UHGV virus genome: UHGV-0229940
From: a virus
Strand: one strand, 5' to 3'
Length of the DNA: 46,029 bases
The notes beneath the pieces were generated by a model. It was not told the DNA's origin. It saw only the letters and a list, made by a program, of their open reading frames with translations, and did no database searches. Positions 1 to 8,716 of the stretch are shown here, in pieces (the stretch's first letter is position 1; every line of letters starts with the position of its first letter). A program made the translations under genes and the position numbers.

Positions 1-149
1 ATTTTGCAAAGTACTTGTAAGGGAGCTGTTAAGGGCTACCAAGCAGATATACATCTTCTACAGATATTTTTCAGTTCCTTCAAAGACCCTAAAAAATGAC
101 TTGATAACCCTATTTTATAAAAATTTTAAAATTCTGAATAATTACCTAT

Positions 150-560
150 ACAGTCTTCTAAAAATACAGGCATAAACAGGCTTATAAGATACCTTGTTAG
201 TACCGTGTTAGACCTTGTGAGATAAGGCCTGTAAAGATATTCCTGTTAAGTTTGTTAAAACAGTCTATATAGAGGCTTAGTAATACCTAGTGAACACCTA
301 TAGAGGGTATCATAGCTTACCTAGAGATTAAGAGGTGTATAGGAGCTTCTAAGAGGATGTAGAGAGATGGTTAAGGTGATTGTATAGATTGTTAAGAAGG
401 CTTGTTAGAAGAGTGTTTAGATGGCTATTTAGAAGGGCTATACAGAGGGCTATTAAGACCACTAGATAGTTACTAAGATACTATATAGTACTATATAACT
501 ATATAGAGAGTAAGATTAAGAAGGTTGTTAAGAAGGATAGATATTTTATTCACATATGAT
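150..560. repeat. Non-coding GA-rich array of degenerate short direct repeats (TTAAGARGG, TAGAGGG, CTATATAG) with almost no C on the plus strand
   Basis: No ORF of 60 aa or more in any frame over 1-640; about 10 copies of AAGAGG-like words spaced roughly 20-30 bp apart; strong strand compositional skew. Confidence 0.7.
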
Positions 561-585
561 GGTGACCCAGAGGTTGGGACAACCG

Positions 586-628
586 ATAAAATTTTATAAA
601 AATTAAAAAGCCCCCAATTAAGGAGGCT
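586..628 (-). terminator. Rho-independent terminator candidate ending the leftward operon
   Basis: Imperfect 7 bp inverted repeat AGCCCCC/GGAGGCT (609-628) followed on the minus strand by a T-rich run (complement of 586-608), just downstream of the stop of CDS 640-1263. Confidence 0.45.
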
Positions 629-639
629 CTTAAGATATT

Positions 640-1263
640 TTAAATCAGGCTTTCTAAAACTGTCTTCAAGGATGACTTAGTTGTCTGGTAAAAATGAGTG
701 AACCCATTATTGTTATCGAATATCTGCATCATGATATCATCTCCCTTGATTGGGTACACTCGGATATCATAGTGAAACCCATTAAAGACAGCAGAACCAT
801 TACAGAACACACTAAAATCACTTGCTGAGATGTACTCTTCATGACCTGTGATTTTTATACAGACACCCTTACTTGGTCTCTTAGGGTTGATATCTTCCAT
901 CACAGACATACTCTGTCCACCAAGAGATACCATAGTGACCACTTTACGGTTCTTCTGTTTAAAGTACATCTTAACTTTCTGCAAAGTGTCTTCATAGAAT
1001 GGATAAGACCTTTCTACAAAGATTCCTTCAAGTGGCTCTTTACCATTTTCAACTTCTCGGTTATGCCGTACTGCAAAGATAATTTGTTCGAACCAGTCAA
1101 GATTTTCTTCGGAGAGTGCTTCCCGAACATCCTTCCAGTCAAGTACTAAGTAGTTACCTTCAACTTCTTTTAAGTTATCTTTTTCCATATCTATCACACC
1201 ATTATCGTAAAACTTGATATTCTGGTACTGCGAATTTATTACTATTGTTCTTGATGAGGTCAT
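640..1263 (-). CDS. hypothetical protein (start may be the internal Met at 1188, which avoids overlap with the upstream gene)
   Basis: 207 aa ORF in six-frame track; overlaps the upstream ORF by 62 nt if the first Met is used. Confidence 0.6.
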   Translation of the reverse strand: MTSSRTIVINSQYQNIKFYDNGVIDMEKDNLKEVEGNYLVLDWKDVREALSEENLDWFEQIIFAVRHNREVENGKEPLEGIFVERSYPFYEDTLQKVKMYFKQKNRKVVTMVSLGGQSMSVMEDINPKRPSKGVCIKITGHEEYISASDFSVFCNGSAVFNGFHYDIRVYPIKGDDIMMQIFDNNNGFTHFYQTTKSSLKTVLESLI

Positions 1264-1666
1264 CCTCTGAAACTAAAAATGTAATACCACATAAGTGTCT
1301 GTAACGACTATCATACTCGAATATCTTAAACAGATATTTACCATCATGATAAACCTGTTGCACTTCACCTTCTGCAACAATCTCGCCTGTAATAAAATTT
1401 TTTAGTTTATACACATTACCAACTTTAGGTACTGTTTTCATCTCAGGCTCTTTTAGTGCTACACCTATTTTTGCATCACCGAGTAAATGAGAACTCTCAA
1501 AAGCTACGTGTTTCATATAAGCTTCTGAGCATTCCCAGATAAAACAATGTACAAGAACCTTAGCAGCATGTCTTGAGCAATTCAACTTATCACAAATCTC
1601 TTTGTACATCTCATCTTTAGTTGAGTTGTCAAGCATTGCTCTTTGCACTACTTCTTTAATTTTCAT
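1202..1666 (-). CDS. hypothetical protein
   Basis: 154 aa ORF; co-oriented and tightly packed with neighbours. Confidence 0.6.
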   Translation of the reverse strand: MKIKEVVQRAMLDNSTKDEMYKEICDKLNCSRHAAKVLVHCFIWECSEAYMKHVAFESSHLLGDAKIGVALKEPEMKTVPKVGNVYKLKNFITGEIVAEGEVQQVYHDGKYLFKIFEYDSRYRHLCGITFLVSEDDLIKNNSNKFAVPEYQVLR

Positions 1667-2084
1667 AAGCTCTCCGAATAACCCTATTAAGCATCTCTAA
1701 AGTCAGCTTTCCAGATTCTAAATGTGGCATAACAAGCTTTAAAGCTTTTTCAACATCATGCACAACATCTATTATACCTTCTGCATAGGCTTCTACAAGG
1801 ATATCTTTTACATTTTGTGATTTACCTTTTTGTGGTATCACTAGACGCATATCAAACTCATTTGCTTGAGGATGGTTCTTACCACGCCAGAAACCGTCCT
1901 TATCAAAGCTTATAAAGTTATCCTCATTAAAATTAATACCACAAACCTTAAACTTATCTAAAACTATGCAGTTGAGAGGGTAATCATCACTTGCATCATT
2001 CATTCCAAGAAACTTAACAGTAGCTATATACCTCTGTGTCTTTGCATCTACAACGTCAAGCTCTTTACCTATAAGTTCTTTCAT
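1656..2084 (-). CDS. hypothetical protein
   Basis: 142 aa ORF; short overlap with the downstream gene typical of phage operons. Confidence 0.6.
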   Translation of the reverse strand: MKELIGKELDVVDAKTQRYIATVKFLGMNDASDDYPLNCIVLDKFKVCGINFNEDNFISFDKDGFWRGKNHPQANEFDMRLVIPQKGKSQNVKDILVEAYAEGIIDVVHDVEKALKLVMPHLESGKLTLEMLNRVIRRAYEN

Positions 2085-2137
2085 TTCGCTACCTTCTAAG
2101 TTTCTACAAAGGGGCTATCAAGTAACCCCTCAAGCTA

Positions 2138-2362
2138 CTACTCAGACTTTTCAGTCTTCTTATCGGATTTCTTACTAGTCTTCTTCTCAGCTTTCTGTTC
2201 AGGCTCCTTCTCAGAAGTTGCCTTAATAACCATATCAAGAAGTTCTGATAAGTCGCTCTTCAGCAAAGTAACAGGCTGCTCATTGTAGAAGTTTTTGTCA
2301 AGATAAACTTTGAACTCTTCAATAGAAGGAAATCCAAAAATTGGTACAGGTGTCTTAATCAT
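2138..2362 (-). CDS. hypothetical small protein with lysine-rich acidic C-terminus
   Basis: 74 aa ORF. Confidence 0.45.
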   Translation of the reverse strand: MIKTPVPIFGFPSIEEFKVYLDKNFYNEQPVTLLKSDLSELLDMVIKATSEKEPEQKAEKKTSKKSDKKTEKSE

Positions 2363-2438
2363 TACTTAGTTTCTCCATAGGCATCTTTTAAGATTGCCTT
2401 GTTAATCATTTCAGCGATTGCAAAACGAACACATACAG

Positions 2439-2972
2439 CTATAATTGTAGGTTGCATTCTTTACTTACCTCTTCAAGTTTAACCTCAGAGTCCTTAAGTC
2501 GTTTCTTATGAACTCTGAATCTCATTAGTGAGATGATGATACCAGCTAAAGGTACAGCATACAAGTACCAAACATCATATACCTTTGCGGTAATCTGTGT
2601 AATGGTCAAGTCTTGAGCTATGTAACTGATTGCTGATACTGCAAGTAATGTTGCTAGGAAAAATGCCAGTACCATGACAATACTTAAACAACCTCTGGCA
2701 TGGTGTTCATGCTTAATGCACTTATTCTTTTCGTCAACAACCCTGTTGTAGTCGTTTGTAAAGTCTCTGTAGAAAGCTTTCAAGTATTCTTTATTGTAGC
2801 CTTCAAAGCAACCTGTACCGTACCAATAATCACCACCAAAATGTGCTATGATACCAGTATCTCCATTTGGTTTTGTTACTCTTAGGGAAGTATGATGGCG
2901 AGTATCCTGATAATCTATCTTGTATCTTTCTTCGTAAATCATTTTCCAACCCCTCTCAATCGTTTGTTCCAC
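2439..2972 (-). CDS. hypothetical membrane protein
   Basis: 177 aa ORF with a long hydrophobic stretch (LSIVMVLAFFLATLLAVSAISYIA ... LYAVPLAGIIISLM) predicting two transmembrane helices. Confidence 0.6.
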   Translation of the reverse strand: MEQTIERGWKMIYEERYKIDYQDTRHHTSLRVTKPNGDTGIIAHFGGDYWYGTGCFEGYNKEYLKAFYRDFTNDYNRVVDEKNKCIKHEHHARGCLSIVMVLAFFLATLLAVSAISYIAQDLTITQITAKVYDVWYLYAVPLAGIIISLMRFRVHKKRLKDSEVKLEEVSKECNLQL

Positions 2973-3172
2973 TCAAGGTCAACAAGTCTTTGCAGGACTT
3001 TCCCTCTAGGTGTTACACCTTTTAAGTCTGCATCGTAGCAACGGTAAAAGTCACCTTCAGCGTGTTTACCATAGCATTTCCTGATATTCTGACTTCTACG
3101 ATATTGTTCTAATAGAGACAGTCTGTAGTAATCTTCAACTGTAGTTAGTTTTTTCATTCTTTCACCACGCAT
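2939..3172 (-). CDS. hypothetical small basic protein
   Basis: 77 aa ORF. Confidence 0.4.
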   Translation of the reverse strand: MRGERMKKLTTVEDYYRLSLLEQYRRSQNIRKCYGKHAEGDFYRCYDADLKGVTPRGKVLQRLVDLEWNKRLRGVGK

Positions 3173-3240
3173 CTTCTTAAGAAACTAAAAAGGGAACTAC
3201 CTCTCGATAGCTCCCATCATAGTTAACATTGTATACTTGG

Positions 3241-3822
3241 TCAAGAGTATTTTTTAGGCAGTAATGCGCTACGCTTGTTGCTCTCTTCACTCAATAGTGC
3301 GATAAAATCGTCACCTTTGCCTTTCCACGGGCTGAATGAAGGGATATGTTCACGAATAGCCTCAATAACCGTCTTAAGTGCTGTATTTTTCATCCACCAG
3401 TCAGAATCTGCTGATGCTACAACATAGTAGCCACCTTCATCAGTCAGAATTGGCTCTGAGATACATGGTGAAATCAGAGTGGTGACGATTGAACCATTAT
3501 TCATGTAGTATGTGCGCTTCATAACCTTTTCAAGAAGCTTGTGAAGGTCACCAAACAGTGTTACAAGCTCTTTATGGTCAATGTCTTTTTCGAGATTTGC
3601 TCGATACTTCAAAAGTGCAGCATCAACTTCTCTGTCATTAAACTTGAAGTACTGGACTTCCTCAACAAGACAAACACTGATGTTGTTGACATTCATAGTC
3701 AACTTGCAGACTTTTGCAGGAGAATTGATATTTGGTTGAAAAAGTGCAATACACCCTTCAATGTTTCCAAAATGTTGTACTAATGTCACTTGTGGAGTGA
3801 TACTCTGTTGCTCTTCGGACAT
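3241..3822 (-). CDS. hypothetical protein
   Basis: 193 aa ORF. Confidence 0.6.
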   Translation of the reverse strand: MSEEQQSITPQVTLVQHFGNIEGCIALFQPNINSPAKVCKLTMNVNNISVCLVEEVQYFKFNDREVDAALLKYRANLEKDIDHKELVTLFGDLHKLLEKVMKRTYYMNNGSIVTTLISPCISEPILTDEGGYYVVASADSDWWMKNTALKTVIEAIREHIPSFSPWKGKGDDFIALLSEESNKRSALLPKKYS

Positions 3823-4166
3823 TACAGTTTCCTCATTAAATACTTTTTAAGTTGTGTGTTAGGTTTCTCAAAAACTTCTATAGAAGATATCTTAACAGAT
3901 TCACCACGCATACCTGTGTGTTTGAATATATAGTACTCTAACATCCCTATGTACTTTGCTGGTAAGTCATGCTTGACATACACCGTTACAGAATCTTCAA
4001 ATTCAACAACCTTTGTACCATCTTTGTAGTTAAACTCTTTAGGATGGTTGTAGTTGTCGATGTCGTACATTAAAAAGAGTCTTTTCCGTTGCATATCAAG
4101 CTTATTTGTTAAAGACTCTTTGATATCTGAGAAGTTTTTGTACACTGTGACATGGAGCTTACTCAT
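3822..4166 (-). CDS. hypothetical protein
   Basis: 114 aa ORF abutting the neighbouring genes. Confidence 0.55.
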   Translation of the reverse strand: MSKLHVTVYKNFSDIKESLTNKLDMQRKRLFLMYDIDNYNHPKEFNYKDGTKVVEFEDSVTVYVKHDLPAKYIGMLEYYIFKHTGMRGESVKISSIEVFEKPNTQLKKYLMRKL

Positions 4167-4452
4167 CGTTAAACTCTCTGACGAAGAAATAGTTGACTTT
4201 GTTATTACCTACCATAAGGTCAAAGCAGGTATTCTCAAAAGGTTTGTTGTAGGCATCATATGAAACATATGGGTCAGCTACTTGCTTAGTAGTGAGCTTT
4301 TTACTTGATGGATTTAAGAGGCCACCATACAGTTTCTTGATAGCCTCTTCTACAACAGACCAGATGATTTCGTCAGTAATTTCTTCGTACAGGTCAAGTT
4401 CACGCTCTAGTGAGAAGTCACAAATAGGGAAAATAACCTGTACTTTACTCAT
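4159..4452 (-). CDS. hypothetical protein
   Basis: 97 aa ORF. Confidence 0.5.
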   Translation of the reverse strand: MSKVQVIFPICDFSLERELDLYEEITDEIIWSVVEEAIKKLYGGLLNPSSKKLTTKQVADPYVSYDAYNKPFENTCFDLMVGNNKVNYFFVREFNDE

Positions 4453-4847
4453 TAACGAATCACCTGTGAGACTTGAATTGCTTCAGTTACTGACAAGTCA
4501 CCTACTTTCTCTTCTTTGATAAAGGTGAAGGTAAGTTCAACAGGCTCTCGCTCTTCTTGCTCAACTGGAATACCATTAAGCTCATCAAAGATTGATTGGG
4601 TTGTCCAATCTTCACCACCATCTGGGTAGTGGATTGCGTAAAGTGGAAACTCTAAATTATACCAAGCAAAAACAGGGCAACCATCTGCATCATCTCGACA
4701 TCTGTGGAGATATGTGTTTGTACCTTCAAAATGCAAATGGAGATTACCATTCTTCTCAAATAGAAGAGCATCTTGCAGGTCTAGTTCCTCATTTTCGCTG
4801 TAACGGCTGACATCAACCTTAACATGGATATGACTGTTATTATTCAT
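4452..4847 (-). CDS. hypothetical protein
   Basis: 131 aa ORF. Confidence 0.55.
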   Translation of the reverse strand: MNNNSHIHVKVDVSRYSENEELDLQDALLFEKNGNLHLHFEGTNTYLHRCRDDADGCPVFAWYNLEFPLYAIHYPDGGEDWTTQSIFDELNGIPVEQEEREPVELTFTFIKEEKVGDLSVTEAIQVSQVIR

Positions 4848-5238
4848 AAAAACCTCTCTCTGCTTGTTCGATTTTTGCTCTTAAAATTTCGCAATGTTGT
4901 AAATGGTAGTTAGCTTCTTGTTCATGTGTTGCTAACTGCCTTTCCAGAACAGTTTTATAGTAACCTGCAAGTTGCTCTTTTGTCAACGGGTGTTCTGAAA
5001 TAATATCAAGTCCACTTTCGCCAAGAGGGTTGAATTGTCCATGCTCATTGACATTGTAAGTCTCAAACTTGAACAGACCATTGTTCACAGACTCAATAGG
5101 CGACAGCTCAACAAGCTCTACAGTAAACCGTGTATATACCTTGTCACCTCTTGAAACCACATTGTTTCCGACAATGCGTACAAGCGAGCCATTACGAGTG
5201 TACTTAAAAGTTCCAAAGTCACTAGCCCAAAGTTTCAT
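4840..5238 (-). CDS. hypothetical protein
   Basis: 132 aa ORF. Confidence 0.55.
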   Translation of the reverse strand: MKLWASDFGTFKYTRNGSLVRIVGNNVVSRGDKVYTRFTVELVELSPIESVNNGLFKFETYNVNEHGQFNPLGESGLDIISEHPLTKEQLAGYYKTVLERQLATHEQEANYHLQHCEILRAKIEQAERGFYE

Positions 5239-5253
5239 AGTTTTCTCCTTAGA

Positions 5254-5280
5254 AAATAAAAAAGGCTCCCGAAGGAGCCT
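5254..5280 (-). terminator. Rho-independent terminator (stem GGCTCC/GGAGCC, UUCG tetraloop on the minus strand, then T-run)
   Basis: Perfect 6 bp inverted repeat at 5264-5279 with CGAA loop on plus strand, preceded on plus strand by A-run 5256-5263; lies just downstream of the endolysin gene. Confidence 0.6.
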
Positions 5281-5289
5281 ATGAAGATA

Positions 5290-5754
5290 TTACTTTGGAT
5301 ATACACTGTCAAGATAAATGTCAGCTTCCATTCTACGTCTGTTTTTCAGGCCGTTTGAAGTGACCTTCTTACCTTTTACTGTAACCTTGTTCCACCACTG
5401 CATAGCTTCTGCGCAACCTACCTTATTACCAGCATTGTGGCGCTTGATAAATGTAGAATCCTGCATAGCTGTGATGCCGATGTTGTATGTTTCACTTACA
5501 AGTGCATCAAACTCGTTCTGAGAAGTTGGAACCTTGATAGCTTTGTTCACTGCTGTAACAAACTTTTCAACATCTGCGAGAAGATAATGTTCAGCTTGTT
5601 CAGCAGTAATTATCATACCCATCTTAACAGGTTTTCCGTCAATACGGATTGTACCATACCCGATTGTATGGATTCCGGCAGAGTCTTCGTAAGCCTCTAA
5701 CTTCAGACCTTCAAAGAACTTAATAGCTTCTAAACCTTTTCTTGAGAGTTGCAT
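5290..5754 (-). CDS. endolysin, glycoside hydrolase family 24 (phage lysozyme)
   Basis: 154 aa; N-terminal EGLKLEAYEDSAGIHTIGYG matches the T4-lysozyme-type catalytic motif (Glu ... Asp ... TIGxG). Confidence 0.85.
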   Translation of the reverse strand: MQLSRKGLEAIKFFEGLKLEAYEDSAGIHTIGYGTIRIDGKPVKMGMIITAEQAEHYLLADVEKFVTAVNKAIKVPTSQNEFDALVSETYNIGITAMQDSTFIKRHNAGNKVGCAEAMQWWNKVTVKGKKVTSNGLKNRRRMEADIYLDSVYPK

Positions 5755-6638
5755 TATGCCTCCCCTGCTGGGTTAACTGTAACTGTTGCCGCATTAGATG
5801 TTACAGAGCCACCTGCGCCAGTCACTACACAGGTGTAGCTTCCTGCATCAGCAGCGGTTGCACCTTCTTTGGTGTAAGTTGCAGCAGTTGCGTCTGGGAT
5901 GACTTCCTCACCTTTCTTCCACTGATAACCTGTCGCACCTGTTGCCACAACATTCAGTGTTAAGGTCTCACCTTCAGTGATTTCTTGATTTGCTGGCTGT
6001 TGAGTGATTACCGGAAGTGCATTCACAGTCACTGTTGCTGCATCTGAGGTAACACTTGTTCCACCCTCTCCAGATACAACACAAGTGTATGAACCAGCGT
6101 CAGAAGGTGCTACTGACTGTTTTGTGTAAGTTGCAGAATTGGCACTAGGGATGTCCTCACCATCCTTCTTCCACTGATATCCAGTGGCGTTAGTTGCTAG
6201 AATGCTTAGAGTAAGTGTGCCACCCTCATTGACTGTTTGACCTGTTGGTTGCTGAGTAATTGCTGGTGGCTTAATAGCATCCTTCAACTTAGCATTCAAC
6301 ATTGAGAACGGCTTAACTCTTGCCAGCCATTCACAATAAACTGTATCAACGTCTTTACCATTGATAATTGCATATTGTAAGTCCATGAAGAAGTCAGACG
6401 TTCTCATTTGAGCACCAACGCTGTAAAGCAACTCATCACTAAATGGAACTTTGTAGTCTGGTTTGTAGTCAAACTTCTTAACTTCTGCAATATCAGCTTC
6501 AGGCCAATACGAACTATAGGTAAGTGGTAAAATAGCCTCTTGATATGTTCTAAAATCATATCTCTTACCAGCCTTTACGTTCGCAATGAAGCCCTTCACA
6601 AACTCTTTAAAGTCTGGGTAAGTCTTTGCTTTAATCAT
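5754..6638 (-). CDS. protein with N-terminal domain of unknown function and two tandem C-terminal Ig-like domains
   Basis: 294 aa; two about 85 aa repeats each containing ITQQP ... GATGYQWKK ... AGSYTCVV, typical of Ig-like domains; N-terminal 110 aa paralogous to the next gene. Confidence 0.7.
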   Translation of the reverse strand: MIKAKTYPDFKEFVKGFIANVKAGKRYDFRTYQEAILPLTYSSYWPEADIAEVKKFDYKPDYKVPFSDELLYSVGAQMRTSDFFMDLQYAIINGKDVDTVYCEWLARVKPFSMLNAKLKDAIKPPAITQQPTGQTVNEGGTLTLSILATNATGYQWKKDGEDIPSANSATYTKQSVAPSDAGSYTCVVSGEGGTSVTSDAATVTVNALPVITQQPANQEITEGETLTLNVVATGATGYQWKKGEEVIPDATAATYTKEGATAADAGSYTCVVTGAGGSVTSNAATVTVNPAGEA

Positions 6639-7006
6639 TTCTTTTTAGCCTCTAAATGTGCGTTTAGTCTAAAATAACCTTTGTGATGCGGAGATACATC
6701 ACCAACAACAATACCTTTAACCTTATAGCCTTTACCAATTACATACTGGATATCCATAAGGAATCTTCCAAGTCCAACAATATGGAACATTGGATATAAT
6801 AGGTTCTCAGAATCTGGAATATTGATTTCAGGTTTGTAGGTACGCTGTTCGATTGTTGGTGTAATATCTTCTTCAGGCCATTTGCTGAGTCTCCATGTCA
6901 AAGGTGTTGGGATAACATCATTAAGGTTGTACCTTTCACCATTTTGCACGGAATTGATATAGGATTGTAGGAAGCAATAAAAGTCTTTTGCACTCTTAGC
7001 TTTCAT
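6635..7006 (-). CDS. hypothetical protein, paralog of the N-terminal domain of the 5754-6638 product
   Basis: 123 aa; shared KDF ... ERY ... YKP ... LLY ... MDIQY pattern with the neighbouring gene. Confidence 0.6.
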   Translation of the reverse strand: MKAKSAKDFYCFLQSYINSVQNGERYNLNDVIPTPLTWRLSKWPEEDITPTIEQRTYKPEINIPDSENLLYPMFHIVGLGRFLMDIQYVIGKGYKVKGIVVGDVSPHHKGYFRLNAHLEAKKK

Positions 7007-7053
7007 TAAGTATCCTTATAAATAGTTAAAGGGGCATCAGCCCCTATTCACAC

Positions 7054-7644
7054 TTAAGCTTTGGTCTTAAGTAGGTTCTTAAGTTTTTTAAGATTCATAC
7101 TCTCATCAAACTTAAAACCAAATCCATTGACATAATCAATGAACTCGGATTTCTTACTGAGTGACAATGCGTAACTCATATCAAAGTTCTTACTTGTTTC
7201 TGCGTCTGGACTAGAGTTCACATCAAATGAAATTTCCGTAGGCTCTTGCTTACTTTTTCTCATATTATCAACCAACAAACATGTATAGTTTGCTGGGTAG
7301 AAATTTACACTACCATCAACGTAGCTGTACTTATTATTATGGATAAGGTTGGAAAATACCTTAAGGAATGTTTCTGAGTCGTGGCAAACAAGTTTGAATT
7401 GGCTGCTCTCTCCAAGCGCAACTAATGAGTACGGACTTTCACTATCAAAGTCATAATTTTGATTCGATGCCGTTACTGTTACACGCATCAAGTTATTAGC
7501 AATAGTCTTCTGTTTAAAAGAATTTTGAACATAGTGAAGACCTCTATCACACTGATTGACTAGCTCTTTAAGCAGGTCATTTGCATATGGTGAATTAATT
7601 GATACAGAGCCATCACTATTGTAATTAAAACTTACTGTTAACAT
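7054..7644 (-). CDS. hypothetical protein
   Basis: 196 aa ORF. Confidence 0.6.
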   Translation of the reverse strand: MLTVSFNYNSDGSVSINSPYANDLLKELVNQCDRGLHYVQNSFKQKTIANNLMRVTVTASNQNYDFDSESPYSLVALGESSQFKLVCHDSETFLKVFSNLIHNNKYSYVDGSVNFYPANYTCLLVDNMRKSKQEPTEISFDVNSSPDAETSKNFDMSYALSLSKKSEFIDYVNGFGFKFDESMNLKKLKNLLKTKA

Positions 7645-7871
7645 TTTTCAGTTCTCCTGCGGTTTATAATTTTGCTGCAATAGAGAAACGAAGTAAACTC
7701 ACTGGAAGAAACCATTAAGTGTTGTTCACTAGATTGAGCCATTGCCCTGAAATACATTCCAGTCAAAGCATCATAGTGACTATTCTTTCCAATTGAGGTT
7801 ATATAGCCATGACTCTTTGCAGTTTGATATAAATCTATAATATCTGCGATTTCTAATTGGGAACTACACAT
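7638..7871 (-). CDS. hypothetical protein
   Basis: 77 aa ORF. Confidence 0.45.
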   Translation of the reverse strand: MCSSQLEIADIIDLYQTAKSHGYITSIGKNSHYDALTGMYFRAMAQSSEQHLMVSSSEFTSFLYCSKIINRRRTEKC

Positions 7872-8035
7872 AGATAATCCTCTTGTCTTCTGTAATTTTG
7901 AAAGAACAGGTACAGACCAATTTCAGAGGATGAATAGTAGATTAACTCTACCCTTTTTGATTCCTTACAGTGATTGGTATTCTTACCTTTCTTCGGTTTA
8001 TTTGATTTTCTCATTAAGTCTCCTTTGTATAACAA
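7853..8035 (-). CDS. hypothetical small basic protein, first gene of the leftward operon
   Basis: 60 aa ORF directly downstream of a leftward promoter candidate. Confidence 0.3.
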   Translation of the reverse strand: MLYKGDLMRKSNKPKKGKNTNHCKESKRVELIYYSSSEIGLYLFFQNYRRQEDYLCVVPN

Positions 8036-8059
8036 GGCAGACCTACAGCTTTAAGTAAG

Positions 8060-8088
8060 ATGGTACAGTAATCCATACAACAAGTCAA
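8060..8088 (-). promoter_or_regulatory. sigma70-like leftward promoter candidate (TTGACT, 17 nt spacer, TACCAT)
   Basis: Reverse complement of 8083-8088 is TTGACT and of 8060-8065 is TACCAT, spaced 17 nt. Confidence 0.3.
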
Positions 8089-8263
8089 GAACTATTGCAA
8101 GTTAAAAAAGTTGTTGACAAAGTACTTGACAAGGTGTAGGCTTATAAATACTTAGAAGATAACTTAAAAGGTTCCTCTAAAAAGGCTATTTAAACAGATA
8201 TCTTTCTGGATATCTATCTTTTATCTTAAAAGCCTTTTAAGAGGTCTTATAAGAGGCATACCA

Positions 8264-8635
8264 ATGAAAAACAGAACAAACAAAGGCCAGTTTAAAAAAG
8301 GCCAATCTGGAAACCCATCTGGAAGACCAAAAGGCTCTCGCAACAAAAGCTCACTTGTAAAAGCTCAACTGACCATTGACAATTCTGCTGAGTTTGCTGC
8401 AAAGTTATTTGAAGCGATTGTTACAAGGGATGCTGCTAAGCTTGCAGAGTTCGGGTTAAACACAGATGACGTAACCATCAAGAGTATGATTGAGGTCGGT
8501 AAAACTATCTTTACTCACTCAGCAGGTGAGATGAAAGCACTTGCAGCAGACACTAAGAAGACTCCTGATAATGGTGGTCAACAACAGACAGATAACAAAC
8601 CAACGTTCTCTGCTGTAGCGACTCTTAAAAAATAA
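8264..8635 (+). CDS. hypothetical protein with N-terminal GNPSGRPKG motif (as I recall, a motif family widespread in phages; not checked)
   Basis: 123 aa; strong SD AAGAGG 8 nt upstream of ATG; motif KKGQSGNPSGRPKGSRNK. Confidence 0.65.
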   Translation: MKNRTNKGQFKKGQSGNPSGRPKGSRNKSSLVKAQLTIDNSAEFAAKLFEAIVTRDAAKLAEFGLNTDDVTIKSMIEVGKTIFTHSAGEMKALAADTKKTPDNGGQQQTDNKPTFSAVATLKK

Positions 8636-8716
8636 TTTTAAAAGGTGTTGACAGACTCTATAAAGTTGCTCTAAAGTCTGTCACATCAAACAACAAATGA
8701 GAGAAGAGAGTAAAAT

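Noticed and set aside
260-310. Resemblance of GTGAACACCTATAGAGGG and TAGTAATACC to T7/SP6-type single-subunit RNA polymerase promoters
   Set aside because: No single-subunit RNA polymerase gene in the window and the motif is not repeated with fixed spacing; kept only as part of the GA-rich array.
841-1149. Plus-strand ORF (102 aa) and similar antisense ORFs in the leftward block (2700-2885, 3541-3783, 4054-4263, 4292-4519, 4592-4810, 5069-5284, 5318-5521, 5437-5700, 5742-5963)
   Set aside because: Each lies wholly inside a longer minus-strand gene, has low-complexity composition and no ribosome-binding site; treated as frame artefacts.
8143-8150. TATAAATA word matching the T4 late-promoter consensus
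   Set aside because: Single occurrence; not found upstream of the structural genes, so no support for a T4-type late promoter system.
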